A program made the position numbers and the translations under genes. From the human T2T-CHM13v2.0 reference genome, Homo sapiens, in the NCBI RefSeq assembly GCF_009914755.1, contig NC_060929.1: a DNA stretch of 64,000 nt; one strand, 5' to 3'. Positions within the stretch are counted from its first letter, which is position 1. Every line of letters begins with the position of its first letter. The notes under the pieces are model-generated. The model was not told the origin of the DNA and made no database searches. It saw only the letters and a list, made by a program, of their open reading frames with translations. Below are positions 1 through 12,988 of this stretch, in pieces.

Positions 1-272
<272 letters not shown>

Positions 273-627
273 CTGGCATAACTTATTTTGGAAAGAATAA
301 AGACATAGTTTATTATTCCTGTGTCTACCTTTTAAGATGCTAAATTGAGTGTTGCAGGCACTAGAATATGCATAGAGCCCAGACGGGCCACAGGAAGCAG
401 TTCTAGGAGTGTATGCTTATACCAGAGGCACTTATCTGGAAAGAGATCAAAGTAGTCCTTTGGAAGCTGGGACTGGCACCAATTATATAAATTCCTCCAA
501 TATATGACTAAAGCAAGTCATTGGAGACATAAGCTTTAAAATTAAATCATCTCTTAATTTACTTATTTCCAGCTTTTAAAGTATACAATAATTACCATTC
601 ACTGAACATTTAGTATACCTCCTATAC

Positions 628-1176
628 TGTGGTAGGAACCTCTAATATGGTGGTTCCCAGTGATCTCCACTTCCTGGTATTCATGCCCTTGTGTAATCTC
701 CTTTTATTGACTGTGGTCTAGACCTAGAGACTCCTTTCTAATGAAGGGAATTCTGCAAAAAATGATGGGATGTCACCTCCCATATTAGGTTATAAAAAGA
801 CAGTGGCTTCCAATTTGGTGCTCTTTCTCACTTTCTCTTGGATGATTAGCCCTGAGGAAAACCAGCTGCCATGTTGTATAGCAGTCCTGTGGAGAGGCCC
901 ACAGAGTGAGAAACTGAGGCCTGCTAACAGTCATGTAGGTGAATTTGGAAGCAGAACTCCTTCCCATGCCAAAACCACCCACCTGTTGAGCCGTCAGATG
1001 AGCCCACAGCCCTGACCAACAGCTTGAGTGCAACCTCAAGGGAGACCTTGAGCTAGGGGTGCCCAGCTAAGATGCTCCTGAACTTGTAATCCACAGAAAC
1101 CATAAGATAATAAATGTCTGTTGTTTCAGCTCCTAAGGTTTGGAGTAATTTGTTATGTACCAATAGATAATTAGCA
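628..1176 (+). mobile_element. MaLR solo LTR (MLT1 family)
   Basis: Starts tgtggtagg; MLT1-type 3' end (ataataaatgtctgttgttt...ggagtaatttgttat...caatagataa); subfamily uncertain. Confidence 0.8.
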
Positions 1177-3335
1177 TAGGTAATGTACTAAAAGTAAGTA
1201 GTTTTCTTCTATGATCTTATTTAATCCTACCAGTAATCTGTGAAGTTAATATTTTTTATCTGTTTTACAGATGAAGAGAAGTTCAAGAAGAATGGTGTTT
1301 GAGCCATATTAAAACTTCAATATAGGTTGTTAATTATTAACAATATTGCAATAGCAATAATAGTGGTTTTAGTATTAGTTCCTATCTAATACTTTAGTTC
1401 CTTTTAAAATTCCTTGACTGATGAACACTTCAGTGATTAGTTAGTAATTCTCTCATCTTCCGGATGAGAATTCTGAGGTCTAGGTCGATCCCATAACTTG
1501 ATTATTGCTTTAATACACCTAGCAAAGAGATAATAATCCTAAATCAATTTATAGTGAATTAGGCAAATTAAAAACCTTGGAGGAAATATCCACGGAATAT
1601 GTAACTACATTAAACTAGGGTTTAAATAAGTCTAAGACTTAGAATGTATTTCCCCAGTTTCTGGCTTAACATATTATTTTTCATCCCAGGTAAAGAGATG
1701 AAAAGACTAATCTTACAGGTTTAGTGAGCCCAAGGGTGTAGGCATGGCTGAGGATTCAGGCACTGTCCTGGAAGATACTGGACAGAAAGATTCGTCATTG
1801 ACTGAATTAAAGGTGGAGTATGGCTGACTGTTCCTTAGGAGCTTTGGCTGTTTAACCAATGAGCAGGAGTGCATGGCATTTAGCAGAACACATGGAAGCC
1901 CACTCGATCTCCCTCTGGCTGGCTGCCTCACTGGTTTGCAGATGTTCTCCTTCTAGAATTACCTGGAGTGAAAGAATCATTGCAAACCGAATTTCCATTA
2001 CAAGCAGGACAGGCAGGCACAGGGATCAAGCATTCAAGCAAGCTGAAAATTACTTTCCTTCCTAAGCATAATATTAAAGCCCAAGTTTTCCCTGAGCTTA
2101 TTTTCATTTTGAAAATTCATTAAGGTTTAATCTAATAATCTGTGCACCTGACAGGAAAGTAAATGATTTTTCCAATTCATCTAAAGGTCCTCTGGCATTT
2201 TTCATAATCTACACTAGTTTTATTTTTAAAAAAGAGGTGTATATTGTTGCTTCATGGAATAAAAATGAAATATAAACCTCCCCAACATTCTACTGTAGTC
2301 TACATCAGCCTCAGACAAAATTTAGTCCGGTGTCCTCTCTCCCTCCTTTCCTTTTTCCGTCTTCTTTCGTTTTCTCCATGGTATGTCCTCGGTGTAGGTG
2401 CCCTACGGGCCCTACGCCCACACCCCTGCAGTAGAGTGCTCTTCTGGTTAATATCCTCCATGGAATCCAACCCCTGCTTCCTTCTGATAGGAGCACACAA
2501 TCTCAGTGCCCACTTCCCATCTTCATCAGCCAAGAAGATGTGGTGGAACTTTACCTTCTGCAATTTGAATTGTGAAAACAGATACTTCCCCCTAAAATCA
2601 AAACGGTGTTATAGCTTTGAATATGCCTCTTCAGCTTTCCCAGTCTTCTCTCCAAACCTCACTCCCTGCCACCCGTAATCTATTCCAGTTGAAAAGTGCC
2701 ATTTTTAGATCTTTGCTTCATTCTTTCTCTTTCTCATCCCATAAAAACATATTGGCTTCATGCATTATTCCTTTCAGGTTTTTACTCTGTGGCAGACCAG
2801 CTTGACATATAAATTGATGCTGAAAATTTAAGCTCTGAATAATTTCAATTTAATTGGGACTTTTTCAATGGATAAGTTAGTCTTAAATAGTAAGAAACCG
2901 ACAGTTGAGTTTCCATAAGCAAACAGTGTGGTAGAATGTAAATAGCACTAGCTCAGTTCTAGACTTAGTTCTACCTATCAGAAATAAGCAGGGTAAACCT
3001 GAGCAAGAGACTTAGCCCCAGTAGTCTTCAGTTTCCTTATCTGTGGGGAAATGGGGAGACTAGACCAATAGTAGAATTTGGGAGAGGTAAAACTTTCTAA
3101 CAAGCAGTGCCAGAAGTAATGTAAAAGAGACCAGCTAGCCATGTGTGGGGATGAGATAAAGGATATTGGGCTGGATGACTTCCAGGGTCCTCTAGACTCC
3201 AAGATTCAGTGATCTGTTGGGGGTTGGGTGCTTCCCTGGTGTACCCAAATCCCACCTAGAAGCCTGTGTCCTCTTGGTTGAGGGGTTGCTCTACACGTTG
3301 ATATCTGCAGATATCAATACAGAGAATCACCTCAC

Positions 3336-3520
3336 CTGATTCTCTGTATTGATGGTATAAACAGTGTCGGTCTGATTTAACAGTCTGCAGGAATGGGCAA
3401 TGTTGACCGCTGTCTCCTGCTTATCTCCAGTCAGGACCCAGAGCTGGATCCCAGCCTCCCGCAGAGTGGCAATCGTATCTGGAACTCCTTCCTGCAGCCG
3501 GTCTTCGATCCCAGTGGCTC
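3336..3520 (-). CDS. ATP10B: ATP10B coding exon (~exon 18, 185 nt): (G)[16 protein letters not shown]...[15 protein letters not shown]...TINTENQ, P domain
   Basis: Acceptor tttcatcactccag|GA, donor CAG|gtgagg; TGDK motif; within ORF 3327..3539. Confidence 0.97.
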
Positions 3521-3599
3521 CTGGAGTGATGAAAAACAACAGAGTTCACATTTATCGTAAAAGAGTAGTTGCTTAATTCCCCCAAAGCCATGTGAAGCC

Positions 3600-4300
3600 A
3601 GGCAATGTTTATTGGATAGCATCACTGTGCTAGGCTGTGTACCCAGGATATAACAGTGAACTAGATGGAGCAGGTCTCTACCTCTGAGTTCAATGGTCAT
3701 TGAATAAGAATTTATAACTGAGCTATATAATGAAAGAAAGTCAGGATACCATGCGAATATACACCAGGAGACCTGAACTTCACCTGGAAAATCAGGGTGG
3801 GCTTATGCTGAGGAAGTGCTACTTAAACTGAGACCTGGGAGATAATGCAAAGAGGTGGCAGAGGAGGAAAATTCCAGGTAGAGGGATCAGTGTGTGTGAA
3901 GTCCCAGAGACTACAGTAGAGGAAGATGCAGAAATGGAGGCAGAGCAAGGTGAGAGATGAGGCCAGAAAAGGAGCTTAGGGGTGCTGGACTGGGCAGAGC
4001 CTTGTCAGGGCCTCAAAGGATTTGCAATTTATTTGGTGGTAGTGAAAGTTATTCAAGGGTGTTGTGCTGGGGAGTGATAGAATCAGTTTTGACTTTTAAG
4101 AATATCATTCTAGAGAATAGGTTTGAGATTGGAAAAGCAGGATGAGATTCAGAACTAAAAGCTACTTAGGAGGCCAGGCAGGACTGCAGAGGAGAGGCAG
4201 CAGTAGCCTGGACTGGCCTAGCAGCAATAGGAATAGAAGTGGAAAGACTGAAATCTTTGCCCTGCAACTGATCAAAGCAGAATTAATAGGGACTCATATT
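3600..4300 (-). mobile_element. Degraded L2 LINE fragment (approximate bounds)
   Basis: L2-like purine-rich sequence and reverse-complemented L2 3' end motif. Confidence 0.5.
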
Positions 4301-5699
4301 TTTGATAATATTCTTGGAGTGAATTAAACATGCAGATTCCATAATTTTTGAAGGATCTCAAGCTTTGCACCAGCCCTGATGAATAGATATCCAAATATTG
4401 AATAGTTGCTAAGTGATTAAGCAAAAATAAATCTGCTTTTCAATTGAGATTCATTTCAGATCACAGACTAATGGCTACCCATTTCACTCTGGGCAGGAGC
4501 ACGGCATTTTGTTTCTTTTAATAATCCAGAGTGACAATAGGTTGGCAAAGTGGTTACGTTGGATGCATATTGAAAAGATTATTTCATATTTTGAGACAGC
4601 ATGAAGGCATTACAGCTTTTTAGTGGTGTGCCAATTTCTCGGTGGAAAGTGGAATTCTCTTCTCAGCCCAGTCCTCTCCAAGCCATCTTGAGGGGAGACA
4701 AAGAACCCCATTATCCTGAAATGTGCCTGTTTTGCATCTGAGGGCCATATGCACAGGTAAACAACCCCATAAAAAGTGATGGCTTGAGCCTCATCTTCCC
4801 CTATAAGCGTTAGTCTGGAAGGTGAGAAGAAGCTCACTTATTACGGTGAGGCAGAGTGAAGGAGAGAGGAGGAAAAACACATTTATTTGTGTGAAAGAGA
4901 AAATGAAACAGGAAGGTTGTGAAAGCCTTTTCCAGCTAGGGGAAGCCAACAGGTTCTGATAAGTGTGTTCTCTTCACCCAGAAGAACCGGAGGAACACCT
5001 CTCACAGACTGAGCCTAGAGTGCTGTCATGAAACAAAAGAAACCTCTGGGAAGGGAGAAAGGGATCAGGAGCCTGAATGGGATGACTTTCTGGTGGCATC
5101 ATCTGGCAGATAGAGTTGTCTGGCCCAGCCATCCTCTGGTTCCTGTTCAAGTGAGTTCTTGTGTTCAGCTTTAAAGGGGACCTTATGAGGTAGCAAGCAG
5201 AGGCCTCTGCAGCCGAGACATAGGAAACCAAAGGCTGAAGGATGTGGGGAGCTAATGCATGCCCCAACCCCATTCTCCCTCCTCAGCTTGTCAGCCATCC
5301 CACTTGCCAGCATCACCACTTTACAGTGACCTTGGGTCTTTCCCCTTGGAACTCCTATTTGGCTGGGCAGCTGGAGGCATGTGACTCATCCAGAGAAGCC
5401 AAGTCTCAGAGGAGTGTGTCTCTGTCCAGAACTTGGTCCTCATCCCCAGGTCAACACTGTCCACCAAGAATAAAGAAGGCTTTTTGCCACGTGGCCAGTG
5501 CATGCTGTTTGGGCATTGTTTACCCAGATTTTGCTCCCAAGGTGTGAGGACATTAATCCTGTTGAATAAAGCTCCCCTTGCTTCTTGGCAATGCCTTTCC
5601 TCCAACAGAAGCACAGCCTGTCTCTTAATCAGTCTCTGTGCTTCTCTTCTCTCTCTCAGCATAGCAATCTAACTTCCATGCTGCAGCAAGCAGCAGTTT

Positions 5700-6165
5700 T
5701 TGTAAAGCACAGATCTGTCCCTGCTTTCACCCTCTGCCCTCTCCAAACCTTTAGCAGCTGATTGACATGACCCTTCATAATCTGGGTCCTGCTGACCTTT
5801 CCTGCCTTCCATCATTTCTCCCCACTCTGTTTCCCCCCAGCCCGGGACCTCCAGGCCTTCAATTGGGTCCTCCTCCTCTGCCTAACCAGCTTCTCTTCTT
5901 GCTTTCAGTTCACTGCCTTCCTAGACCCTCCCTCACCCCTGTGCTAGGCTGGCATCTCCTACTTTTTGTGCTTCCATCCCACCAGGCCCATCTGCTAGCC
6001 CAGCTCTCACCAGTCTGTTGAAATTGCTTGCTCGATCATCTAGTATCCTCACTAGACTCCAAGATCTGGGAGGGCAGACTTTTTGGCTCCTGTCCCTTGT
6101 TGCAGCCCCAAAGCCTAGCATGTCACTTGGCACATAGTAGGTGCTTAGCAAACATTTGAATGAAG
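5700..6165 (+). mobile_element. Degraded L2 3' end (approximate bounds)
   Basis: Ends cctagcatgtcacttggcacatagtaggtgcttagcaaacatttgaatgaa, the L2 3' signature. Confidence 0.6.
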
Positions 6166-6432
6166 GGAAGAGTGTGCTGTTGGAAAAGCAGCCAAACTCA
6201 GAGGCTTCTTCCAGCAGGGAATGCAGGAATGCTCCCAGAGCATCCTCAGGAAGCTGTGTGTGGTGTCTGGGTTGGGTATTGGCATGGCCCATTTGTGCCA
6301 AATACCTGGAAGGGAACCCCAGGGAAGGCTGCTAATGGAGACATATTAGTAGTGTCAGAATCGGGGCCAAGAGCTCCCTTCTCAACTGGCTGCATTCCTT
6401 TTTTCCTATAATAATGACTTATTTTTAGCTAC

Positions 6433-6559
6433 CAAGTAAGGTGAGTTGATTCTCCAGATGCTGTGCAGTTTCCATGAGAAGCTCATCTCGGTTGTCGAGG
6501 GATGCCTCAGCCTCACGCCGGAAACTGGCCCATCTCCGGAAGTCCTCTTCGCTTACAAC
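6433..6559 (-). CDS. ATP10B: ATP10B coding exon (~exon 17, 127 nt): [42 protein letters not shown](G)
   Basis: Acceptor catcccatag|GTT, donor TTG|gtagct; read by hand. Confidence 0.95.
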
Positions 6560-8458
6560 CTATGGGATGGGAAAAGGCTCCTTAACAATCTTGGGTGGAC
6601 CAACAAGATAATTTCCTCTCTCTTCCCACCTGCTGGGTCTCCTATTGGCCTGTTTGAACTTCCCTACATAATTAGATGGGGCTTTCTTCTCAAAGACTTT
6701 TTTTTAAATATGTAAATTAATGAAGATTTATCCTTGTGTTCCATTATCACTAAAAATCTATTGTGCTCAGATCACTGGAGATGATCTGGACAGACAAGGT
6801 CCCTGCATGCCTGGGCTTATATGGTGGTGGAAGGTGAGGGGTATTATCCAAATAAATAATTTAAAATAGTTATTTCAGGGAATGCTAGGTAGTAAATGAG
6901 TGATATGAGAAAGTGTGATGGGATAGAAGAATAACTGAATAGGGGGCTGCCTTCTTTTGAAGTTTAGGTTTCCTCGACAAAATGACCTGCAAGCTGAGAT
7001 CCAATGACAGAGGGTCAATCATGGGCAAGAGCAAGAGTTAAGGCTGTGGAACGGCAATGAACTTGGCCTTCCTTCTGTTCCTTGAATGAAAGACGGAGAA
7101 AGTTCAGAAATGAGGCTGGAAAGAAAGCAGCCTGTAGAGCACTCCACCAGGCATGGTGTCATACACATGGAGTGCCCAGTAGCTGGAATAATCCAGCTAG
7201 TGGCCACATCTTCTTCCCTCAGAGTCCCATTTTAGACCCTCCTGTTGACATTACATGCATATGGTGTCTTATAGCAATGAAAAATTATTTTGTTCAAGCA
7301 TCAAATATTCCCTGAGTCCCTCTGCATGGCACTATAGAGAAAACGAAAGGGAACAAGTAGGCCTTTTGCTTTTGAGGAATGCATAGTCCATTAGGGGAGG
7401 CAAAATATGCACAAATAACTTTAATAGAAAATGGTGGTAAGGGTGTAATACTGATTCAGAGTAGCAGTAAGCATTTGTTGCTGTCCCAGGTGCTGCACAT
7501 GTGGTTATTTTAGTTAATCTCCATGACAACTGCATGAGGGAGGGCTGATTAGCACCATTTTACAGATAAAACTCAGAAGTGAAGAAATTGCTCAAGGTCA
7601 CACATCTAAAAGTAGTGAGATTGGGACTAGTACCCAGGTGGTTCTGGCTTTAAAGTGGGCACTCCTGATCTCTAATGCTGACCTAAGAACCATAAAAGAC
7701 ATGAAAAGTCCTGGGGATTTATGCAAGAGAACCCATGTCTAGCCATCTAGAAATGTATGCCCATCATAGCACCCCATTAGCTTTGCTTTTGGGTGACTCA
7801 TTCGGTGTCCACACTCTGCAATTCGCAGCCCTCACTGCCTGCCTGCCTTGCAGAAGTTGCAAAGTCAAAGATCTTGCAAAGCATGAGTTAGGTAATCTAC
7901 AAAACTATGGCTGGGCTGAGTGCAATGTGATAGGGAGAGGTAGAGAGTGGTAGGGACTGTGGCCAACCACAGAACACAGCTGAACATATCCCTCATCACA
8001 GGAATCAACTTCTTCCTGGTTGTAGCTGATTGCTGCCATTCTAGAATGAAAACACAGTTGGCCAGATCCTCTACATTTTTAAAAGAAACCGGAAATCTAG
8101 ATTTTTATGTGACCATATAAAAGGTCCCCAAATTTAAAGGAAAATAATGCATACCTAAAAAATATAATTGGAAAACAAAATTATAACTGAAAAAATGTCA
8201 TGAGTTGTGTGTTACCCATTACACATATAATGAAAAGCAGGGCATGGCAAAGCCACACTGATATGGGACCTAGCTCTTCAGATTTTGGCTTCCACAAAAT
8301 TGTCAGTGTCTTGGGTTTTTGTGGCAAGTCAGAACAGCTAATCTTGAAAATGTTAAAACAACCACCTCTAAGGGTCTTTTATAAAGAAAAAGAAGCAGGG
8401 TCAAGGCCATTCAGCTATTTAATGATATTCAAAGCACGCTTGGAGGAATTGTTCTTAC

Positions 8459-8568
8459 CTTCTTGGCAATGCATAGTGTGCGCAGGCCATCTCTTGCATA
8501 CAAGTCTAGATGCTTTTGGGTCCGGGCTCGGATTTTTCTCAGCTTCTTTTCCATATTAATGTCAGGTA
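8459..8568 (-). CDS. ATP10B: ATP10B coding exon (~exon 16, 110 nt): (V)[36 protein letters not shown]
   Basis: Acceptor tttgacag|TA, donor AAG|gtaaga; GLRTL motif. Confidence 0.95.
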
Positions 8569-10941
8569 CTGTCAAATAGCCATTTTCCCGCATGAGGCCA
8601 CATACAAATGCTCAGGGATCCCCATCCCCAATACCCTGGAATCTCCTGTAGTAGACTACAAATACTTTAGAGAAGGAATCCCTTACAGCCCACCTTAGAA
8701 ACCTGAAGGAGCTCTCCTGGCTGTCAGGTTGCCCTGGAAGATAATGCAGGGAGTCCTTAAGCTGTCTGCTCTCTACATCTTTTCATCAAAAGCCTGGCTG
8801 AGTAAAGTGCTATGTAAGGAAGGTAGGTGGTCTAAGGTACTGTTCCCAAACAGCTGTTTGCATGAGAACCGCCTGGGAATTTAATAATTGAGATTCTCAG
8901 GTCCAGTTAAAGCCCAGCTGAATCAGGGGACTAGAAGTTTGAATCTTTATTGTTACCTAAGGTGTTTTTAGTTGATCTCTGGATGGCCAACTGACTTTGG
9001 AAACTGTTCTCTATTTATCATCTTCTCTATCTTCTACTTGAGGTCTTATATCAAATTAGGTCCCAAGACATCTACAAGCCTGGATCTCATTAGCTAAGTT
9101 CCTCATTTCATTTGTTTAGCTGAGCTAGGCCTTCTCTCAATGCAAGAAATACGTTTAGAGAAAACATTCTTTTATGCATTTCCTATGAATGTAGTATGAA
9201 AAATATGTGTGTTGCTCAAAGTCCCCTTTGTAAAGTTGTACATAAGTTTCTGTCAGAGGTAATTTGTCTTTTTCTCTTGAAATTCCAGTTCCTTTATCTA
9301 ATTCTATAATAAGAATTTTTCAGCCAAGGTTGGCTGGTGTGGGGTGGGATTGATGCCATCAGCACTTCCTTTATCTAAACTGCCACAGACATCATTTATC
9401 AGTCGCTTGTAAAACTGAGCTAGGCTTCAGAATCATTTTTTACCAGGGCTGGATTGAGATTTTTTAAAGGTCCTAAGATTGAACAGAATTTGTATACCTC
9501 ACCCATCCTTGTATATAATGCAAAATTAAAAATGTAATTCTTAACAGAAAAGTATAATGAAGTCCAACAAAACTCTGATTTTTCCATGATACTACTCCAA
9601 GGCTGTTTTTATATAATATAAAACTTGTTTCAAAGATTATTTTCTCATTTTTCAGGTGTTGCTGGCGCCTTAAGCATAGTCTTCATTTGTGCATCGCCTG
9701 ATTCGGCACTATTTACAATATTTTATTTTTAAAGACACCAGCTCCTGAGATTAAACCTGTTTGTCTTTTACTTGTAAGCCTTGGAGTTTACCTTCTTGCT
9801 AAGGCTGCCAGGAACCTCAGCATCAAATTGAACATTTAAACACCATAAATATTATTAAACCTGAGGTCATTTTCTCCCTCCTTTCAAAGTTTTGCTTCTC
9901 AATTCTTATAGTAACATTGTGTGTGTGACTTCTATTGAAGGCATCTCTAATCCATTTTTCAATCAGGTGAGGAGCAAATAAAGAGACATCTCCAGGGCAG
10001 CTTGGATGACTGGCTGCTGAGGGATAGAGTGCCGTGGCTCCCTTGACTCAGAAGTACTGAATTCACTTGTCTGCCAGAGTCTGGGAATAAAGAGAACTAA
10101 TTAGCTCCCTTCCCATTCTACACACTAATCAATCCCCATAAACCTCTTGGCCCTGATCCATGGCTGATAATGCAGGAGGCACAGGGCTGCCTGGGCAATT
10201 CTGAAGCTTGGCTGGAATCTACTATCCTGGGAGAATCATAGCCCCATAACTGTCTTCTCCTTGTTAGCAATCAGGAAGCGGCTGCACACTAATTCATGCT
10301 GTTCCAAAATTGGACACTGATATGTAGGGACTTTGGAACATTTTTCTGGCTCAGTGCACGTTTATGAAAATCCATCTGGGGGAGGCTGGGGAAAAGGATA
10401 ATAAAGAGGAACACCTGAGGCTTCCCAGAGTACACCAAGCCCAGTGCAGAATTCTGGCAGCATGAAACAAGCTCTGACCTGGAATTCAGGATACCTGGGT
10501 CTGGGATTTAACACTAGTTAACCATGTTACCTCTTGTAAGTCACTTTTCTTTCTAAGTTGAGTGTGCTTTTCTCCAAAATGAAGAGTTAGGACCACAATG
10601 TGTTCCATGGTAAGATAATGGATGTTCTAGTGCAAAAGACTGTGTGGATAATCCATGTTTAAATGAGTTTGGAAAACTGGGATGAAGTTAAAGATGTTTA
10701 TCTGCTACAAGACTGTACAGTCTTTAAATATGCTAATGGACACTGTGATTCCCTAGGTCCAGGAGATGTAAAATGCAGCATGTTTTAAGGATATTTGAGG
10801 AAAACATCTTGTAGGTCTGTATTCCAGTTGGGACCTGCCATACCAGGTGACACTACAACTTGAGCTTCTTATTACCATTCCACACTGCTTCTTAAACTAT
10901 AGAACTCTCTGTGCCTGGAACCCTGGTAAGGCAGGACTCAC

Positions 10942-11545
10942 CGCAGGCTGGGTCTTCCAGCAGGTCCATGATGACCGAGTCAGCACCCTTGGTGTAGACA
11001 ACAATCTCGCCAGTCAGTGGGTGCCTCACAACCACAGACATTCTCTTCCTGACAGAGTCAAAGCCCAGGGTGCAGAGGAGGCTGAAGGTGAGGCAGGTGC
11101 CCTGGGGCAGGCGCACAGTCACCTGCTCAGGTGTCCGGGACACTAGTGTGAAGCTGTAGGCATGGGCAGCGTGCACCAGGGCGGCCTCATCAGGGCTCTC
11201 AGCCTCGTAACAGAACTCAGGCCTGGCCAGGTCTGTGGCTGGGGCCTCCAATGCCTCCTCCAAGGAAGTGCCTGACCCAGACTCCAGGATGTCGCCCTGG
11301 TCCCACATGCTGCTCCTGTAGCCACCGTCATCAGTGGAGTCACCTCCACTGCACACAGATGCATCATCTCTCTCATCCGAGTCTGTGGTGGCCACGTTGG
11401 CCCCTAAGCTCTCCCCGAGGTCTGTGTCAGAGGGTGCAGTGGATGAGAATGACTGGCTGAGGCTCAATAGCTTCAACTTCTGGAAGAGCTGCTGAATCTT
11501 CTCCAGGGACGTCCCCAGAGCCTTGCTTGAGGGTTTGATGGTGAC
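10942..11545 (-). CDS. ATP10B: ATP10B coding exon (~exon 15, 604 nt): VTIKPSSK...[12 protein letters not shown]...[12 protein letters not shown]...[19 protein letters not shown] domain
   Basis: Acceptor ttctttggccacaag|GTC, donor GCG|gtgagt; nucleotide-binding motifs; within ORF 10892..11782. Confidence 0.96.
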
Positions 11546-12988
11546 CTTGTGGCCAAAGAAGGAAAGTGGAATATTACTCTCAATGTTGGAAATAATACCA
11601 AGTTGTCTTATGCGGAATATGAAGGTACTTTTGCAATAAGTGAAGCCAGATATTTTCCTCCAGCCCTGAAATTCTAAGCATTGACAATGGTCATTTTCCA
11701 CTATCTTTTGATCATCCCACTGTGAGCGTGGAGAAAGGAAGGAAAAGGAGATGAGAATCAGAAACTCATAGTAAGGGTTCACATTTCCTGAACTCTCACT
11801 ATAAATGCTTCTGCTTTATCTTTGAGTGCGGTATCTCATTTCATCCTCCCAATAATTCTGTGGGATGCTATCATCAACCCAACTTATGGCTGAGGACATT
11901 GAGGTACAAAAAGTCTACATAAATTGGCCATGATCACCCAGTGTGTAGGGAGTAGAGTTGGAACTCAAACCCAGGTCTCCTCGACTCCAGAGGCTGGGCT
12001 CTTGAGCTACCTGCCAGCTGAAGCTCCCAGCCAGCTGAAGCTCCCACATTAACTTGAAAATTGGGAGGTGCCTACTGTCTTTCCCCAAATGGTACTTCTT
12101 CCCCTCTTAAAAATGAATTAATTTTTAAGATAAAGCTTTCTGCCTCCAAAAACTTCCTGAAGACTTCTGATAACATGCTGACTTTTCAGTGCTGAAGTGA
12201 TTTTCAGGGTGGTTTGGAATCTGGGCATAATGAAGGGAGGTTGTGGTTTAGTGCCTGGGTGAAACTTCTTGTCTTGGTTTCATAGTTGCAAGTTGTACCA
12301 CCTAATTATTCTCTCAGTGACTCACAGCTCACAGGGGTGATTGGCTAAGAGTCTGTGGAAGATTGAAGGCAAATCCACCTTCAGTAGATTTCAGAGTATA
12401 ACTTCACATACATGACCATTCAGCTGCATTTTTTTCCATGGGAAGAACATTACACACAGTATTATTTTTAACCCGTATATAAAAACAGAGAGCAATATAG
12501 CACAATATTACTAGAAACCATTATGGAATTGCATAGATGGTTCTGCCATTTATGAGCCATATGTCCTTCATTACCTTGAGTTTTCTGAGCTACTATTTCT
12601 TCGCTTGTTAAATCTAAGGTCCTGCCTCATAGAGTTGCTGGGTTGAGAGGATTAAATGATAATACAGGTAAAGTGCTGGGTATGGAGCCTGGCATAAAGC
12701 CAAGTGCTCAGTAATCACTAACTCTTAATGTCTACCTGCAGACACATAGACAAAGTTTGAAAGCTACACAGAAAGCTCATATGTATCTTTTTCCATTTTA
12801 TTTAAAAATGAGGAAACAGACCCAGGGAGGGTAAGAGACCTATTCTAGGTTTCACTGTGATGAAATGACACTGTTGCTAGGACCCAAATTTCATGTCTCC
12901 CTGATCAGAACTTCTCCCCTCGCCCCTACCCTGCCTTCTACTCCTCTACCTCCTTTACCCTCCTCCCCCAGCCATCGCTGGTCCTTAC

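Noticed and set aside
2244-2678. Overlapping ORFs (144 aa plus, 87 aa minus) in repeat-poor intron
   Set aside because: Non-ATG starts, no recognisable domain, and no matched splice-site pair that I could support.
10892-11782. 296-aa ORF as a stand-alone gene
   Set aside because: It is ATP10B exon 15 plus flanking intron, and it starts at a non-ATG codon. The upstream open part is treated as an alternative acceptor finding.
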